The notes beneath the pieces are model-generated. The model saw only the letters and a list, made by a program, of their open reading frames with translations. It did not search any database and was not told the DNA's origin. From NCBI GenBank assembly GCA_002453155.1, contig DKGG01000039.1, positions 3,714 through 67,713 on the forward strand: a stretch of 64,000 bases of DNA, read 5' to 3'. Position 1 is the first letter of the stretch, and each line of letters opens with the position of its first letter. This DNA comes from Bdellovibrionaceae bacterium UBA6776 (GTDB lineage: Bacteria; Bdellovibrionota; Bdellovibrionia; Bdellovibrionales; UBA1609). The translations under genes and the position numbers were made by a program. Below, in pieces: positions 1 to 8,959 of this stretch.

Positions 1-3000
1 CGGCTTGGCTTTCGCCCAAAATATCTCCGGCTCCACGCAGTTCCAAATCATATTGAGCAATTCGAATTCCCGAACCCAACGCCGAGTTCTCTTGAATGAT
101 GCGCAATCGCTCTTGTCCGTCTTTGTCCAATTTCTGATTTTGCGGAATCAACAAATAGCAATACGCTCGCTCTTTGCTTCGCCCCACACGACCACGCAAC
201 TGATAAAGTTGACTCAATCCCAATTGGTGAGAACGATCGATAAACATCGTATTGGCTCGAGGCACATCCATCCCTGATTCCACAATGGTCGTACAAAGCA
301 GCAAATCAATTTCGTGATGAAAAAAGGCAACCATGGCCTTTTCAAGTTGCCCCTCTTCCATTTGTCCGTGAGCCACCTGCATGCGAACTCCCGGCAAGGC
401 TTCTTTCAATTCTTCCGCCAGGGCGTAAATGCTCTGCACCCGGTTGTGAATAAAATAAACCTGACCTCCTCGAGACAACTCGCTCTCCACTGCTTTTTGA
501 ATGGTGGCCCGATCAAATTTGCAAACAAAGGTTCGGGTGGGCAGTCGGTCCACGGGAGGCGTATTGATCAAACTTAAATCTCTGACACCCACCAAGCTCA
601 TATTCAAAGTTCTAGGAATGGGAGTGGCCGACATGGCCAAAGTGTCTAGATGAGCGCGCATTTTTCGAAGCTTCTCTTTGTGCTTTACTCCGAAGCGTTG
701 TTCTTCGTCGATGATCAATAGACCTAAATCTTTAAACCGAACATCCTGACTTAACAAACGGTGAGTGCCGATCAAAATATCAACGCGTCCCTCTTTCAAA
801 TCTTCCAATGTTTTCTTTGCTTCACTGCGCGGAACAAAACGGTTCAAAGATCGAATCACCAACGGCCAACCTTTAAATCGTTTTTGAAAGGTTTCAAGAT
901 GTTGAAAGGTCAGTACTGTCGTAGGAGCAATGATCGCAACTTGTTTTCCTTCTTGGGCGACTTTAAAGGCCGCACGCATGGCCACTTCGGTTTTTCCAAA
1001 ACCCACATCGCCGCAAACCAATCGATCCATAGGAGCATCTTTTTGAAGGTCACTTAAAATGTCATCAATGGCTTTCAACTGGTCTTCGGTTTCATCGTAG
1101 GGAAAGGCCGCTTCAAAAGCGCGGTAATCTGCATCGGGAATTCCAAAAGAAGGTCGCTTGGCCATTTTTCGTTTGGCGTAAATTTCTAAAAGTTCGCCGG
1201 CAATGTCTCGCAAGTGAGAGCGCACTTTGGTTTTGGTTTTTTCCCAACTGGTGCCCCCCAGTTTATCTACGAGTGCGGGAGACGCCGGGCCCGAGTACTT
1301 GTGAATCTGATGAATGCGATAGACAGGAAGATACAAACGGTCGTTGCCCTTGTACTTCAGTTGAATGAACTCGGCGTCCACCCCTTGAATGGGCATGACT
1401 TTCAATCCTTCGTAGACCCCAACGCCGTGAAGCTTGTGAACAATCAAATCGCCAGGTTTTAAATCCGAAAAGTTCAGTGCGAAGGCTTTGGAATCTTCAT
1501 TCACACCTTCTTTGGAGGCCCGTCGTTTTTTAGAGGTTCTTCCAAACAGGTCGGCTTCTCGAAGAAAAATCCAACCGGGTTCATTCAATCGAAAGGATTC
1601 GGGCAAATTCCGAATCATCAAATGAACGCCCTTCACATTTTGTTGTTCCCGTTCAATAAAATCCAATGGAACGGGTTCATTGTTTTCAATCAAGGTGGAA
1701 GTCAACCCCACTCGATCCAATAAAAGCTTGATGCGTTCGGCTTGGCTTTGAGTGGAAAGTGCAAACACGACGGTTTGTTTTAAGTTTTTCCACTCGGAAA
1801 CTTTTTGTCCCAAAAATTGAGAAAGGTCCGTGGCATTGCCGCTCAAATTTTTAATTTGATTTGCCACTTCTTTTAGCGAACCTGTGGAAACAGGAAGAAG
1901 TGCCGGTTTTAAATGCTCTTCGACTTCTTGCGCGCCTTCTTCGATTTTAATTTTGGACAAAGAAAGGGTTTTTGAATCTTCGGGGTAAGGCAATTCATCC
2001 ACCGAAACAAATAGATCTTCAATTCGGGGGTGAAACACCAAGTTTTCAGAAAGTTCGAAATCCTTTTTGAGATTGCGAAAAAATTCATCTCCAGATTTTT
2101 CGCAGGCCATGGGATCTAACATCCACACATTCAACTCGGAAGAAAAATGATCCAGCGGAGAATCTAAACTTTCAAAAAATCCCGCCAGCAAAAATTCCAT
2201 GCCGTGTTGATAGGCACCCAAAGACAAATGCTGTTTGATGTTTTGAACTTCATCCGGGTTTTCCACATCTTCGCTGAGCGTCTGTTGAAAGTACTTCGAA
2301 ACACGTTGGCGACTTTCAGAGGTGAATTGGATCTCCATAGGAGGGATGACTTCATACCGAAGGCAATCCTCTTCGCTGCGTTGAGACCCCGGATCAAAAA
2401 ACCGCGCCGAATCAATGACGTCTCCAAAAAGTTCCATGCGAAGGGGTTTTTCATGGGCCGGCGAGAACACATCCACGATGCCGCCCCGGAATGAAAAGGT
2501 TCCCACGTCCTCAACAATGGGAGTCTGGGTGTAGCCCCAAGACTTTAAAATCTCTGCAAAATTATCCGACAGAAGTTCATTTTTTTGCAAAGTCATCTGC
2601 CGCTTGGAAAATTCTGAATAGGGCAAAGTTTTTTGAAGAAGGGCCTCGATGGGAGCAATAAAAATTTGGCCGGCTTTGGCGTGGGAGGCCTTCCACAACC
2701 AACCCATTCTTTGCGCCATCAATTTTCGCGAAGGATAAAGTCCGGAGTAAGGACTCACATCAAATCCGCTTAAAATTTCAGCAGATGATGCGGGATCGAA
2801 AAATTGCAGCGCTTGAACCAGGGAGTCCGCTTCGTCAGAGGAAGGAACAACCACTAAATGTGGACGGGCATTCCAACGAACCCGGTCATCTAGGAGACAG
2901 CCCGCCAGAAAAACCACCGAGTCAGAACCCACAATGTCCATAGCGGACCGCGAGCCCTTAAGAAAATTTTCGATGTTCTGATTTGACGGCCAAAAATGAA

Positions 3001-3007
3001 AGCTCAT
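1..3007 (-). CDS. mfd: Transcription-repair coupling factor Mfd (C-terminus runs off the window start; about 1002 codons present)
   Basis: My own minus-strand translation from the ATG at 3007-3005 stays open to position 1. It is absent from the ORF track because there is no stop in the window. Motifs: FSFRGGIVDVFSP, KPGDLIVHKLHGVGVYEG (CarD/TRCF domain), GDVGFGKTEVA (Walker A), LIIDEEQRFG, SATPIPRT, QLRGRVGRS. Confidence 0.93.
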   Translation of the reverse strand, partial: MSFHFWPSNQNIENFLKGSRSAMDIVGSDSVVFLAGCLLDDRVRWNARPHLVVVPSSDEADSLVQALQFFDPASSAEILSGFDVSPYSGLYPSRKLMAQRMGWLWKASHAKAGQIFIAPIEALLQKTLPYSEFSKRQMTLQKNELLSDNFAEILKSWGYTQTPIVEDVGTFSFRGGIVDVFSPAHEKPLRMELFGDVIDSARFFDPGSQRSEEDCLRYEVIPPMEIQFTSESRQRVSKYFQQTLSEDVENPDEVQNIKQHLSLGAYQHGMEFLLAGFFESLDSPLDHFSSELNVWMLDPMACEKSGDEFFRNLKKDFELSENLVFHPRIEDLFVSVDELPYPEDSKTLSLSKIKIEEGAQEVEEHLKPALLPVSTGSLKEVANQIKNLSGNATDLSQFLGQKVSEWKNLKQTVVFALSTQSQAERIKLLLDRVGLTSTLIENNEPVPLDFIEREQQNVKGVHLMIRNLPESFRLNEPGWIFLREADLFGRTSKKRRASKEGVNEDSKAFALNFSDLKPGDLIVHKLHGVGVYEGLKVMPIQGVDAEFIQLKYKGNDRLYLPVYRIHQIHKYSGPASPALVDKLGGTSWEKTKTKVRSHLRDIAGELLEIYAKRKMAKRPSFGIPDADYRAFEAAFPYDETEDQLKAIDDILSDLQKDAPMDRLVCGDVGFGKTEVAMRAAFKVAQEGKQVAIIAPTTVLTFQHLETFQKRFKGWPLVIRSLNRFVPRSEAKKTLEDLKEGRVDILIGTHRLLSQDVRFKDLGLLIIDEEQRFGVKHKEKLRKMRAHLDTLAMSATPIPRTLNMSLVGVRDLSLINTPPVDRLPTRTFVCKFDRATIQKAVESELSRGGQVYFIHNRVQSIYALAEELKEALPGVRMQVAHGQMEEGQLEKAMVAFFHHEIDLLLCTTIVESGMDVPRANTMFIDRSHQLGLSQLYQLRGRVGRSKERAYCYLLIPQNQKLDKDGQERLRIIQENSALGSGIRIAQYDLELRGAGDILGESQA

Positions 3008-3052
3008 GGTTCCTAACTCGCTGCACTAAAAGCCTGTAATGACTTTTGCTTC

Positions 3053-3081
3053 TTGGTATCTTGACTCACGCTTTGTATATA
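3053..3081 (+). promoter_or_regulatory. Possible sigma70-type promoter for the nuo cluster (TTGGTA-N17-TATATA)
   Basis: -35-like TTGGTA at 3053-3058, a 17-nt spacer, and -10-like TATATA at 3076-3081, about 40 nt upstream of the nuoA ATG. This is a motif match by eye only. Confidence 0.3.
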
Positions 3082-3122
3082 TTAGGAAATTTCATCTTTG
3101 GCTAACTATTGGGACGGAAAAT

Positions 3123-3494
3123 ATGTCGCAACTACTACCCGTGCTTGTTCTCAGTGGCTTTGTCGTCGTGTTTGGAGCTGCCATCATTGTTGTAGCTTCT
3201 TTATTAGGAACGAAAGCCGCAAAATCAAAAACAAAATTAGAAACTTATGAGTGTGGACTGGAATCCGACATGAGCGGATCTACCAAGGTTCCCATCAAGT
3301 TTTACCTCACCGCAATTCTATTTATCCTTTTCGATATTGAAATCATTTTCATGTACCCCTGGGCGTTGAGCTTCAATGACTTCATTCGACAGGGATACGG
3401 TCTTTATATTATGGGTGCCATGGGCGTCTTTCTTTTGATTTTTATTTTAGGTCTTCTTTGGGAAGTGAAGTCCAAAGCCTTGGAGTGGGAATAG
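3123..3494 (+). CDS. nuoA: NADH-quinone oxidoreductase subunit A
   Basis: The tracked ORF is 3039-3494. The internal ATG at 3123 (MSQLLPVLVLSGF...) follows a GGGACGGAAAA purine tract. It has three TM segments and YECG and FDIEIIFMYPWA motifs typical of NuoA/ND3. Confidence 0.85.
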   Translation: MSQLLPVLVLSGFVVVFGAAIIVVASLLGTKAAKSKTKLETYECGLESDMSGSTKVPIKFYLTAILFILFDIEIIFMYPWALSFNDFIRQGYGLYIMGAMGVFLLIFILGLLWEVKSKALEWE

Positions 3495-3497
3495 ATC

Positions 3498-4652
3498 ATG
3501 GGTTCAGATATTTTTGAAATTGGTGTGAATTTTATCAAGATGGTTTTGATCTTCGTGATGATGGTGCAATTGGTGCCACTTCTTGTTTGGGTGGAACGTC
3601 GTGGATCTGCTTACATTCAAAACCGATTTGGTCCGAACCGTGTGGGACCTTTGGGTCTCACTCAGCTTCTTGCTGATGCAGTGAAGTTCTTGACCAAAGA
3701 AGATTTCATGCCCGAGCGCGGTTACCGCTTTTTGTTTTTGGCAGCACCGGTTGTGGCGTTAATTCCTGCAGCCCTCGCATTCGGAGCCATTCCACTTTCC
3801 CATCCAATTTTTGTCGAACCCTTCGAGTGGTTGGGGCAAACTTGGGGACCCTACCAATTTGATTTTCAATCCTACAAAATTGGAATCGGAATCGTTTTCG
3901 TTTTGGCGGTGTCCTCTTTGGCAGCCTACTCTTTGATGCTTGCGGGGTATGCCAGCAACAACAAATACTCCTTGTACGGAGCCCTTCGCGCCAGCGCCCA
4001 AACCATCAGTTACGAATTGGCCATGGGTCTTTCCATCGTGGGGATCTTGCTTCTTTTTAACACTTTTGATTTTTCCGAAATGATTCGTCTGCAAAGCGGC
4101 CCCTTGTCTTTTCACGTTTTAGGAACGGTTTACACTTTTGATTTTCTTCCGAACTGGGGAATCTTTTATCAGCCGCTGGGTGCGATCTTACTGTTGGCGG
4201 CAATGTTCGCCGAGACCAATCGCTTGCCTTTTGACCTTCCGGAAGCTGAAGCCGAATTGGTGGCGGGATACCACACCGAGTACGGCGGAATTAAAATGAA
4301 CATGTTCTATATCGGTGAATATGGACATATGCTCGTTGCTTCAGGATTGATGGTGACCTTTTATTTTGGGGGTTACACTCTCTATCCGTTCTTAACTCCA
4401 GGAACCGTGAGCAGTTGGTTCGCCGGTTCCACACCCACAATGACCAGCGTGTGGACGTCATTGATTCTTCACGTTGTTTTTTTGACAAAGGTTCTGTTGT
4501 TTCTTTGGTTGTTCATTTGGGTGCGTTGGAGTTTGCCACGCTTTCGTTATGACCAGTTGATGGATTTGGGTTGGAAAACCATGCTTCCATGGGCTTTGGG
4601 AAACACCATTGTAACGGCAATTGTCATTTTTATTATGAGAACAAGTTGGTGA
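3498..4652 (+). CDS. nuoH: NADH-quinone oxidoreductase subunit H
   Basis: 384 aa, polytopic. VERRGSAYIQNRFGPNRVGPLGLTQLLADAVKF and AETNRLPFDLPEAEAELVAGYHTEYGG are hallmark NuoH/ND1 motifs. Confidence 0.95.
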   Translation: MGSDIFEIGVNFIKMVLIFVMMVQLVPLLVWVERRGSAYIQNRFGPNRVGPLGLTQLLADAVKFLTKEDFMPERGYRFLFLAAPVVALIPAALAFGAIPLSHPIFVEPFEWLGQTWGPYQFDFQSYKIGIGIVFVLAVSSLAAYSLMLAGYASNNKYSLYGALRASAQTISYELAMGLSIVGILLLFNTFDFSEMIRLQSGPLSFHVLGTVYTFDFLPNWGIFYQPLGAILLLAAMFAETNRLPFDLPEAEAELVAGYHTEYGGIKMNMFYIGEYGHMLVASGLMVTFYFGGYTLYPFLTPGTVSSWFAGSTPTMTSVWTSLILHVVFLTKVLLFLWLFIWVRWSLPRFRYDQLMDLGWKTMLPWALGNTIVTAIVIFIMRTSW

Positions 4653-4656
4653 TATC

Positions 4657-5190
4657 ATGATTTATGAAGCGATCAGTTTTTATGCTCTAGCCCTGTTTTT
4701 GACTTTTTTCGCCTACAAAACCATTTCTGCGACAAATCCCATTCACTCCGCACTCTACCTGGTGTTGACCATGTTGGGATTGGGCGCGGTTTTCTTTTCG
4801 CTGGGAGCTCACTTTATTGCCGGTGTTCAGGTCATTGTTTATGCCGGAGCCGTGATGGTTCTTTTCGTAATGGTGTTGATGCTTTTCGATTTGAAATCAG
4901 AACTTCAAGCCTTTTCGAAAGGAATGCTTTCTGGATTTTTAAAAGTATTTTCTGCGGCCGCGTTGGCCGGAGTGGCCATTGGAGTGATTTCTCACAGCGT
5001 TCAAGTTGTGGATGGAGCTTCTTGGGGCGTGGGTGATCCAAACGCGGATGTGACCAAATATCTGTCTATATTATTGTATACAAATTATCTGTTTGCTTTT
5101 GAAGTGTTGGGCGTTTTGCTTTTGGTGGTTGCCATCGGAGCCGTCGCTTTAAGTCGAATGAAAGGGGGCACCCATGCTGATCGCCGATAA
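4657..5190 (+). CDS. nuoJ: NADH-quinone oxidoreductase subunit J
   Basis: 177 aa hydrophobic protein in the NuoJ/ND6 position and size. It has VQVIVYAGAVMVLFVMVLML and a YTNYLFAFEVLGVLLLVAIIGA-like segment. Confidence 0.88.
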   Translation: MIYEAISFYALALFLTFFAYKTISATNPIHSALYLVLTMLGLGAVFFSLGAHFIAGVQVIVYAGAVMVLFVMVLMLFDLKSELQAFSKGMLSGFLKVFSAAALAGVAIGVISHSVQVVDGASWGVGDPNADVTKYLSILLYTNYLFAFEVLGVLLLVVAIGAVALSRMKGGTHADRR

Positions 5191-5500
5191 ATTTTTGAGA
5201 ATTGGTCCCGAGCATTACTTGGCCCTTTCGGCCATTTTGTTTTCTTTCGGGATGATTGCCGTCATGATGCGAAAGAATGTGATCGTGATGTTGATGGGTA
5301 TCGAGTTGATGCTGAATGCAGTGAACTTGAGCTTTGTCGTTTTTGCCAGAGAGACGGGCGCACTCAATGGACAAATTATGGTGTTCTTTGTGATGACCAT
5401 TGCTGCGGCGGAAGCGGGTGTTGGACTGGCCCTAGCGGTAGCAATTTATAAGAAATTTAAAGAACTCAACATCAGACACTTCGAGAAGTTAAAAGGTTAA
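5174..5500 (+). CDS. nuoK: NADH-quinone oxidoreductase subunit K
   Basis: 108 aa with 3 TM segments. YLALSAILFSFGMIAVMMRKN...GIELMLNAVNL...AAAEAGVGLALAV is the typical NuoK/ND4L pattern. It overlaps nuoJ by 17 nt. Confidence 0.9.
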   Translation: MLIADKFLRIGPEHYLALSAILFSFGMIAVMMRKNVIVMLMGIELMLNAVNLSFVVFARETGALNGQIMVFFVMTIAAAEAGVGLALAVAIYKKFKELNIRHFEKLKG

Positions 5501-5504
5501 TTTC

Positions 5505-7439
5505 ATGGATGCTTCATTTTTAATTGGATTGTTGCTCGCCTCTCCATTGATTGGATTCTTTATTAATGGCCCTAGGTTTCGCTCAAAAAATGCGGTCTTG
5601 GCCGGATCCATTGCCACAACGGCGGCGGGGATTTCTTTTCTTTGTGCGGTGACATTGTTTGTGAAATTGGTGGGATTGCCTGCCGAAGAGCGATCTTTGG
5701 AAGCCTTGTTTTTTACATGGATTCCCGTGGGATCTTTAAAGGTTCAAGCGGGCTTTGTGGTCGACCAAATTAGCGCCATCATGATCTTGATCATTTCTGG
5801 CGTAGGAACTTTGATTCATCTTTTTAGTATTGGGTACATGTCTCACGATGAGCGCCCGGCAAAATACTTTTCCTATTTGAACCTGTTTTTGTTCAACATG
5901 TTGATCTTGGTTCTGGGAGACAACCTGTTGATGACTTTTGTGGGTTGGGAAGGTGTGGGCCTTTGCTCTTACCTCTTGATTGGTTTTTGGTTTACGGATT
6001 CAGAAAAAGCAGCCGCAGGGATGAAAGCTTTCATCACCAACCGAATTGGAGATGCGGGCTTTTTAATTGGACTCTTTATTTTATTTCTGACTTTTGGAAC
6101 TTTGGACTATTCAGAGCTTGCCGCAATGGTTCCTCAAGTGGCGGAATCCGCTTGGACCGGCCCGATCACTTTGGCCTGTTTGTTTTTGTTTATCGGAGCC
6201 ACTGGAAAGTCGGCTCAAATTCCTCTTTATGTATGGCTACCTGATGCCATGGCCGGTCCCACTCCTGTTTCTGCATTGATTCACGCGGCAACCATGGTGA
6301 CAGCTGGTGTTTATTTGATCGTTCGAATGTCAGCACTTTTTATGGTTGCTCCACATGCCATGGAAGTGGTGGCTTGGACCGGAGCTTTAACGGCATTTTT
6401 TGCGGCCACCATTGGAATGACCCAATGGGATATCAAAAAGATTTTGGCTTATTCCACCGTTTCCCAGTTGGGCTTTATGTTCATCGCTGTGGGCGTGGGC
6501 GCCTTTCACGCGGCCATGTTTCACTTGATGACTCACGCCTTCTTTAAGGCCCTGATGTTCTTGGGGTCGGGCAGTGTGATTCATGCCATGCACGAAGAAC
6601 AAGACGTCCGAAAAATGGGTGGGTTAGCGAAGATCATGCCGATCACTCACATCACTTTTGTTTTTGGATGGTTGGCCATTATTGGAATGCCTCCTTTTGC
6701 AGGCTTCTTTAGTAAAGATGAAATTTTGGCTTATGCCTTTTTTAGTCCTCAAGGAAACTTGGGAGTTTGGTTGCTTGGAGTGGTAGCCGCAGTTTGCACC
6801 GCGTTCTATATGACCCGTTTGATGGCTTTGACCTTTTGGGGAAAAGCCCGGTACGGATCGGACACTCATCCTCACGAATCTCCTTTGACGATGACCATTC
6901 CTTTGATGGTGTTGGGATTTTTGTCCGTTGTGGGTGGATGGATTGGAATTCCCCACGTGATTGGTTCTGTTTTGCCTGGCCATCCCGAAAACTATTTCCT
7001 CGAGTGGTTGGAGCCCATGATTCACAATGCGCATTTGGGTCATCCCTCTGTATTGATGGAGTGGGGATTGATGGGGCTTGCCGTTGGACTTGCTGGAATC
7101 GCAGCCTACTTTGCCTATGACTTTTATATTCTTCACAAAGATCGACCGGAGAAAATTGCAAAGTCCATGGGGCCCGTACATCCCATTGTAGAAAACAAAT
7201 ATTATGTGGATGAAGGTTACTTTGCATTCGTGATCAATCCGTTGATCGAAGGATCAAAAGCCCTTTGGCTGTATGTAGATGTGAATTTCATCGATAAGAT
7301 GACCTATGTGGCTGCGGATCTTTCCAAAGGTCTCTCTGAATTCGTTAAGACGTTGCAAAATGGAAAAACCCAACAATATGCCCTCTATATGACTTTGGGA
7401 ATTGTTGTTGTACTTACCTACGCATTGATGGGGTCATAA
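5505..7439 (+). CDS. nuoL: NADH-quinone oxidoreductase subunit L
   Basis: 644 aa Mrp/ND5-type antiporter-like subunit: GWEGVGLCSYLLIGFW, GKSAQIPLYVWLPDAMAGPTPVSALIHAATMV, and the long C-terminal extension expected for NuoL. Confidence 0.95.
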   Translation: MDASFLIGLLLASPLIGFFINGPRFRSKNAVLAGSIATTAAGISFLCAVTLFVKLVGLPAEERSLEALFFTWIPVGSLKVQAGFVVDQISAIMILIISGVGTLIHLFSIGYMSHDERPAKYFSYLNLFLFNMLILVLGDNLLMTFVGWEGVGLCSYLLIGFWFTDSEKAAAGMKAFITNRIGDAGFLIGLFILFLTFGTLDYSELAAMVPQVAESAWTGPITLACLFLFIGATGKSAQIPLYVWLPDAMAGPTPVSALIHAATMVTAGVYLIVRMSALFMVAPHAMEVVAWTGALTAFFAATIGMTQWDIKKILAYSTVSQLGFMFIAVGVGAFHAAMFHLMTHAFFKALMFLGSGSVIHAMHEEQDVRKMGGLAKIMPITHITFVFGWLAIIGMPPFAGFFSKDEILAYAFFSPQGNLGVWLLGVVAAVCTAFYMTRLMALTFWGKARYGSDTHPHESPLTMTIPLMVLGFLSVVGGWIGIPHVIGSVLPGHPENYFLEWLEPMIHNAHLGHPSVLMEWGLMGLAVGLAGIAAYFAYDFYILHKDRPEKIAKSMGPVHPIVENKYYVDEGYFAFVINPLIEGSKALWLYVDVNFIDKMTYVAADLSKGLSEFVKTLQNGKTQQYALYMTLGIVVVLTYALMGS

Positions 7440-8951
7440 ATGTTTCTGTCCATACTCGTATTTTCGCCTTTGGTTTTGGCTTTGATTGTGGGATTGGTTC
7501 CCAAATCTTGGATCCGTCCCACAGCATTGATTCTTTCAATCTTACATTTTGGATTTAGTCTTTTGCTGTTTCAACACTTTGATCCTGCAACGGCAAACCT
7601 TCAATTGGTAGAGCAGTCTCCTTGGATTCCCACCTTAGGAATTCAGTACTTTCTTGGAGTTGACGGGATCTCCTTTTGGTTGGTGATCTTATCTACCTTT
7701 TTGGTTCCCTTTACCATTTTGGCCAGCTGGACCTCGATCACCGAGCGCATTCGCTTTTTTCATATAAATTTGTTTTTTCTGTCCACAGCTATGCTTGGAA
7801 CCTTTTTGGCCATGGACGCAATCTTGTTTTATGTGTTCTTCGAAGCGTCGCTGATTCCCATGTATTTTATGATCGGGATTTGGGGAGGCGCTCGAAAGCT
7901 GTACGCCACGTTGAAGTTTTTCATCTACACCATGTTTGGATCACTGTTGATGCTTCTTGCGATCATCGGTTTGATCTTTATGGCTCAAGAGCAGCTGGGC
8001 AACCTCAGCGCCAGTGTTTTGGATTTCTATAAATTGTCCGTTCCTTTTGTGGCGGGTCAGTTTTTAAGCACTCAAACCTTGATGTTTTTCGCGTTCTGCT
8101 TGGCCTTCGCAATTAAAGTTCCCATGTTTCCGGTTCACACCTGGTTGCCTGATGCCCACGTGGAAGCTCCAACTCCCGGTTCTGTAATTTTAGCCGCAGT
8201 GATGTTGAAGATGGGAACTTATGGGTTCCTTCGCTTTGTTCTTCCGATTTTTCCAGAGGCCGCACAGTACTATGCTTGGTTGTTCCTTCTATTGGCTGTG
8301 GTGGGTATTGTTTATGGAGCTTTGGTTGCCATGGTGCAAACCGACGTAAAAAAGTTGGTTGCCTATTCTTCTGTGTCTCACATGGGATACGTGATGCTTG
8401 GACTTTTTGCGTTCAACATTTACGGAACAACCGGCGGACTTTACCAAATGCTCAATCACGGGATTTCGACGGGAGCACTGTTCATTTTGGTGGGAATGAT
8501 TTACGAGCGCACTCACTCTCGTGAAATCAAATCTTATGGAGGACTTGCAAAAGTGGCTCCTTGGTACACCATCGCCTTTTTGATTGTGACCTTCTCAAGC
8601 ATTGCCGTTCCACTAACCAATGGATTTATTGGTGAATTTTTAATTCTTCTGGGTGGATTTCAAGCCCACAAAATTTTAGGTGGAGTTGCTGTTTTAGGTG
8701 TGGTGCTTGGAGCAGCTTATATGCTTTGGATGGTGAAGCGGGTTTTCTTTGGAACCGAGGGAGCCTTGGTTGCAAAATATAAAGACCAAGGTCTAGACAT
8801 CAACTTTAGAGAAGTTGTGATTTTGGTTCCGTTTATTTTACTTATATTTTGGATGGGTTTGTTTCCAAACCACTTCCTTTCTTACTCCAAAGCGAGCTTG
8901 GATCATTTTGTAAACAACATGTCTAACTACGAACTTAAAGTTGGACCGTAG
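7440..8951 (+). CDS. nuoM: NADH-quinone oxidoreductase subunit M
   Basis: 503 aa ND4-type subunit: FAIKVPMFPVHTWLPDAHVEAPTPGSVILAAVMLKMG. It starts immediately after the nuoL stop. Confidence 0.95.
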   Translation: MFLSILVFSPLVLALIVGLVPKSWIRPTALILSILHFGFSLLLFQHFDPATANLQLVEQSPWIPTLGIQYFLGVDGISFWLVILSTFLVPFTILASWTSITERIRFFHINLFFLSTAMLGTFLAMDAILFYVFFEASLIPMYFMIGIWGGARKLYATLKFFIYTMFGSLLMLLAIIGLIFMAQEQLGNLSASVLDFYKLSVPFVAGQFLSTQTLMFFAFCLAFAIKVPMFPVHTWLPDAHVEAPTPGSVILAAVMLKMGTYGFLRFVLPIFPEAAQYYAWLFLLLAVVGIVYGALVAMVQTDVKKLVAYSSVSHMGYVMLGLFAFNIYGTTGGLYQMLNHGISTGALFILVGMIYERTHSREIKSYGGLAKVAPWYTIAFLIVTFSSIAVPLTNGFIGEFLILLGGFQAHKILGGVAVLGVVLGAAYMLWMVKRVFFGTEGALVAKYKDQGLDINFREVVILVPFILLIFWMGLFPNHFLSYSKASLDHFVNNMSNYELKVGP

Positions 8952-8959
8952 AGGTTATT

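Noticed and set aside
6624-7227. 185-aa and 161-aa minus-strand ORFs, plus several 60-120-aa ORFs inside nuoH-nuoN
   Set aside because: All are embedded in or antisense to nuo membrane-subunit genes with strong family motifs, so they are treated as shadow ORFs.
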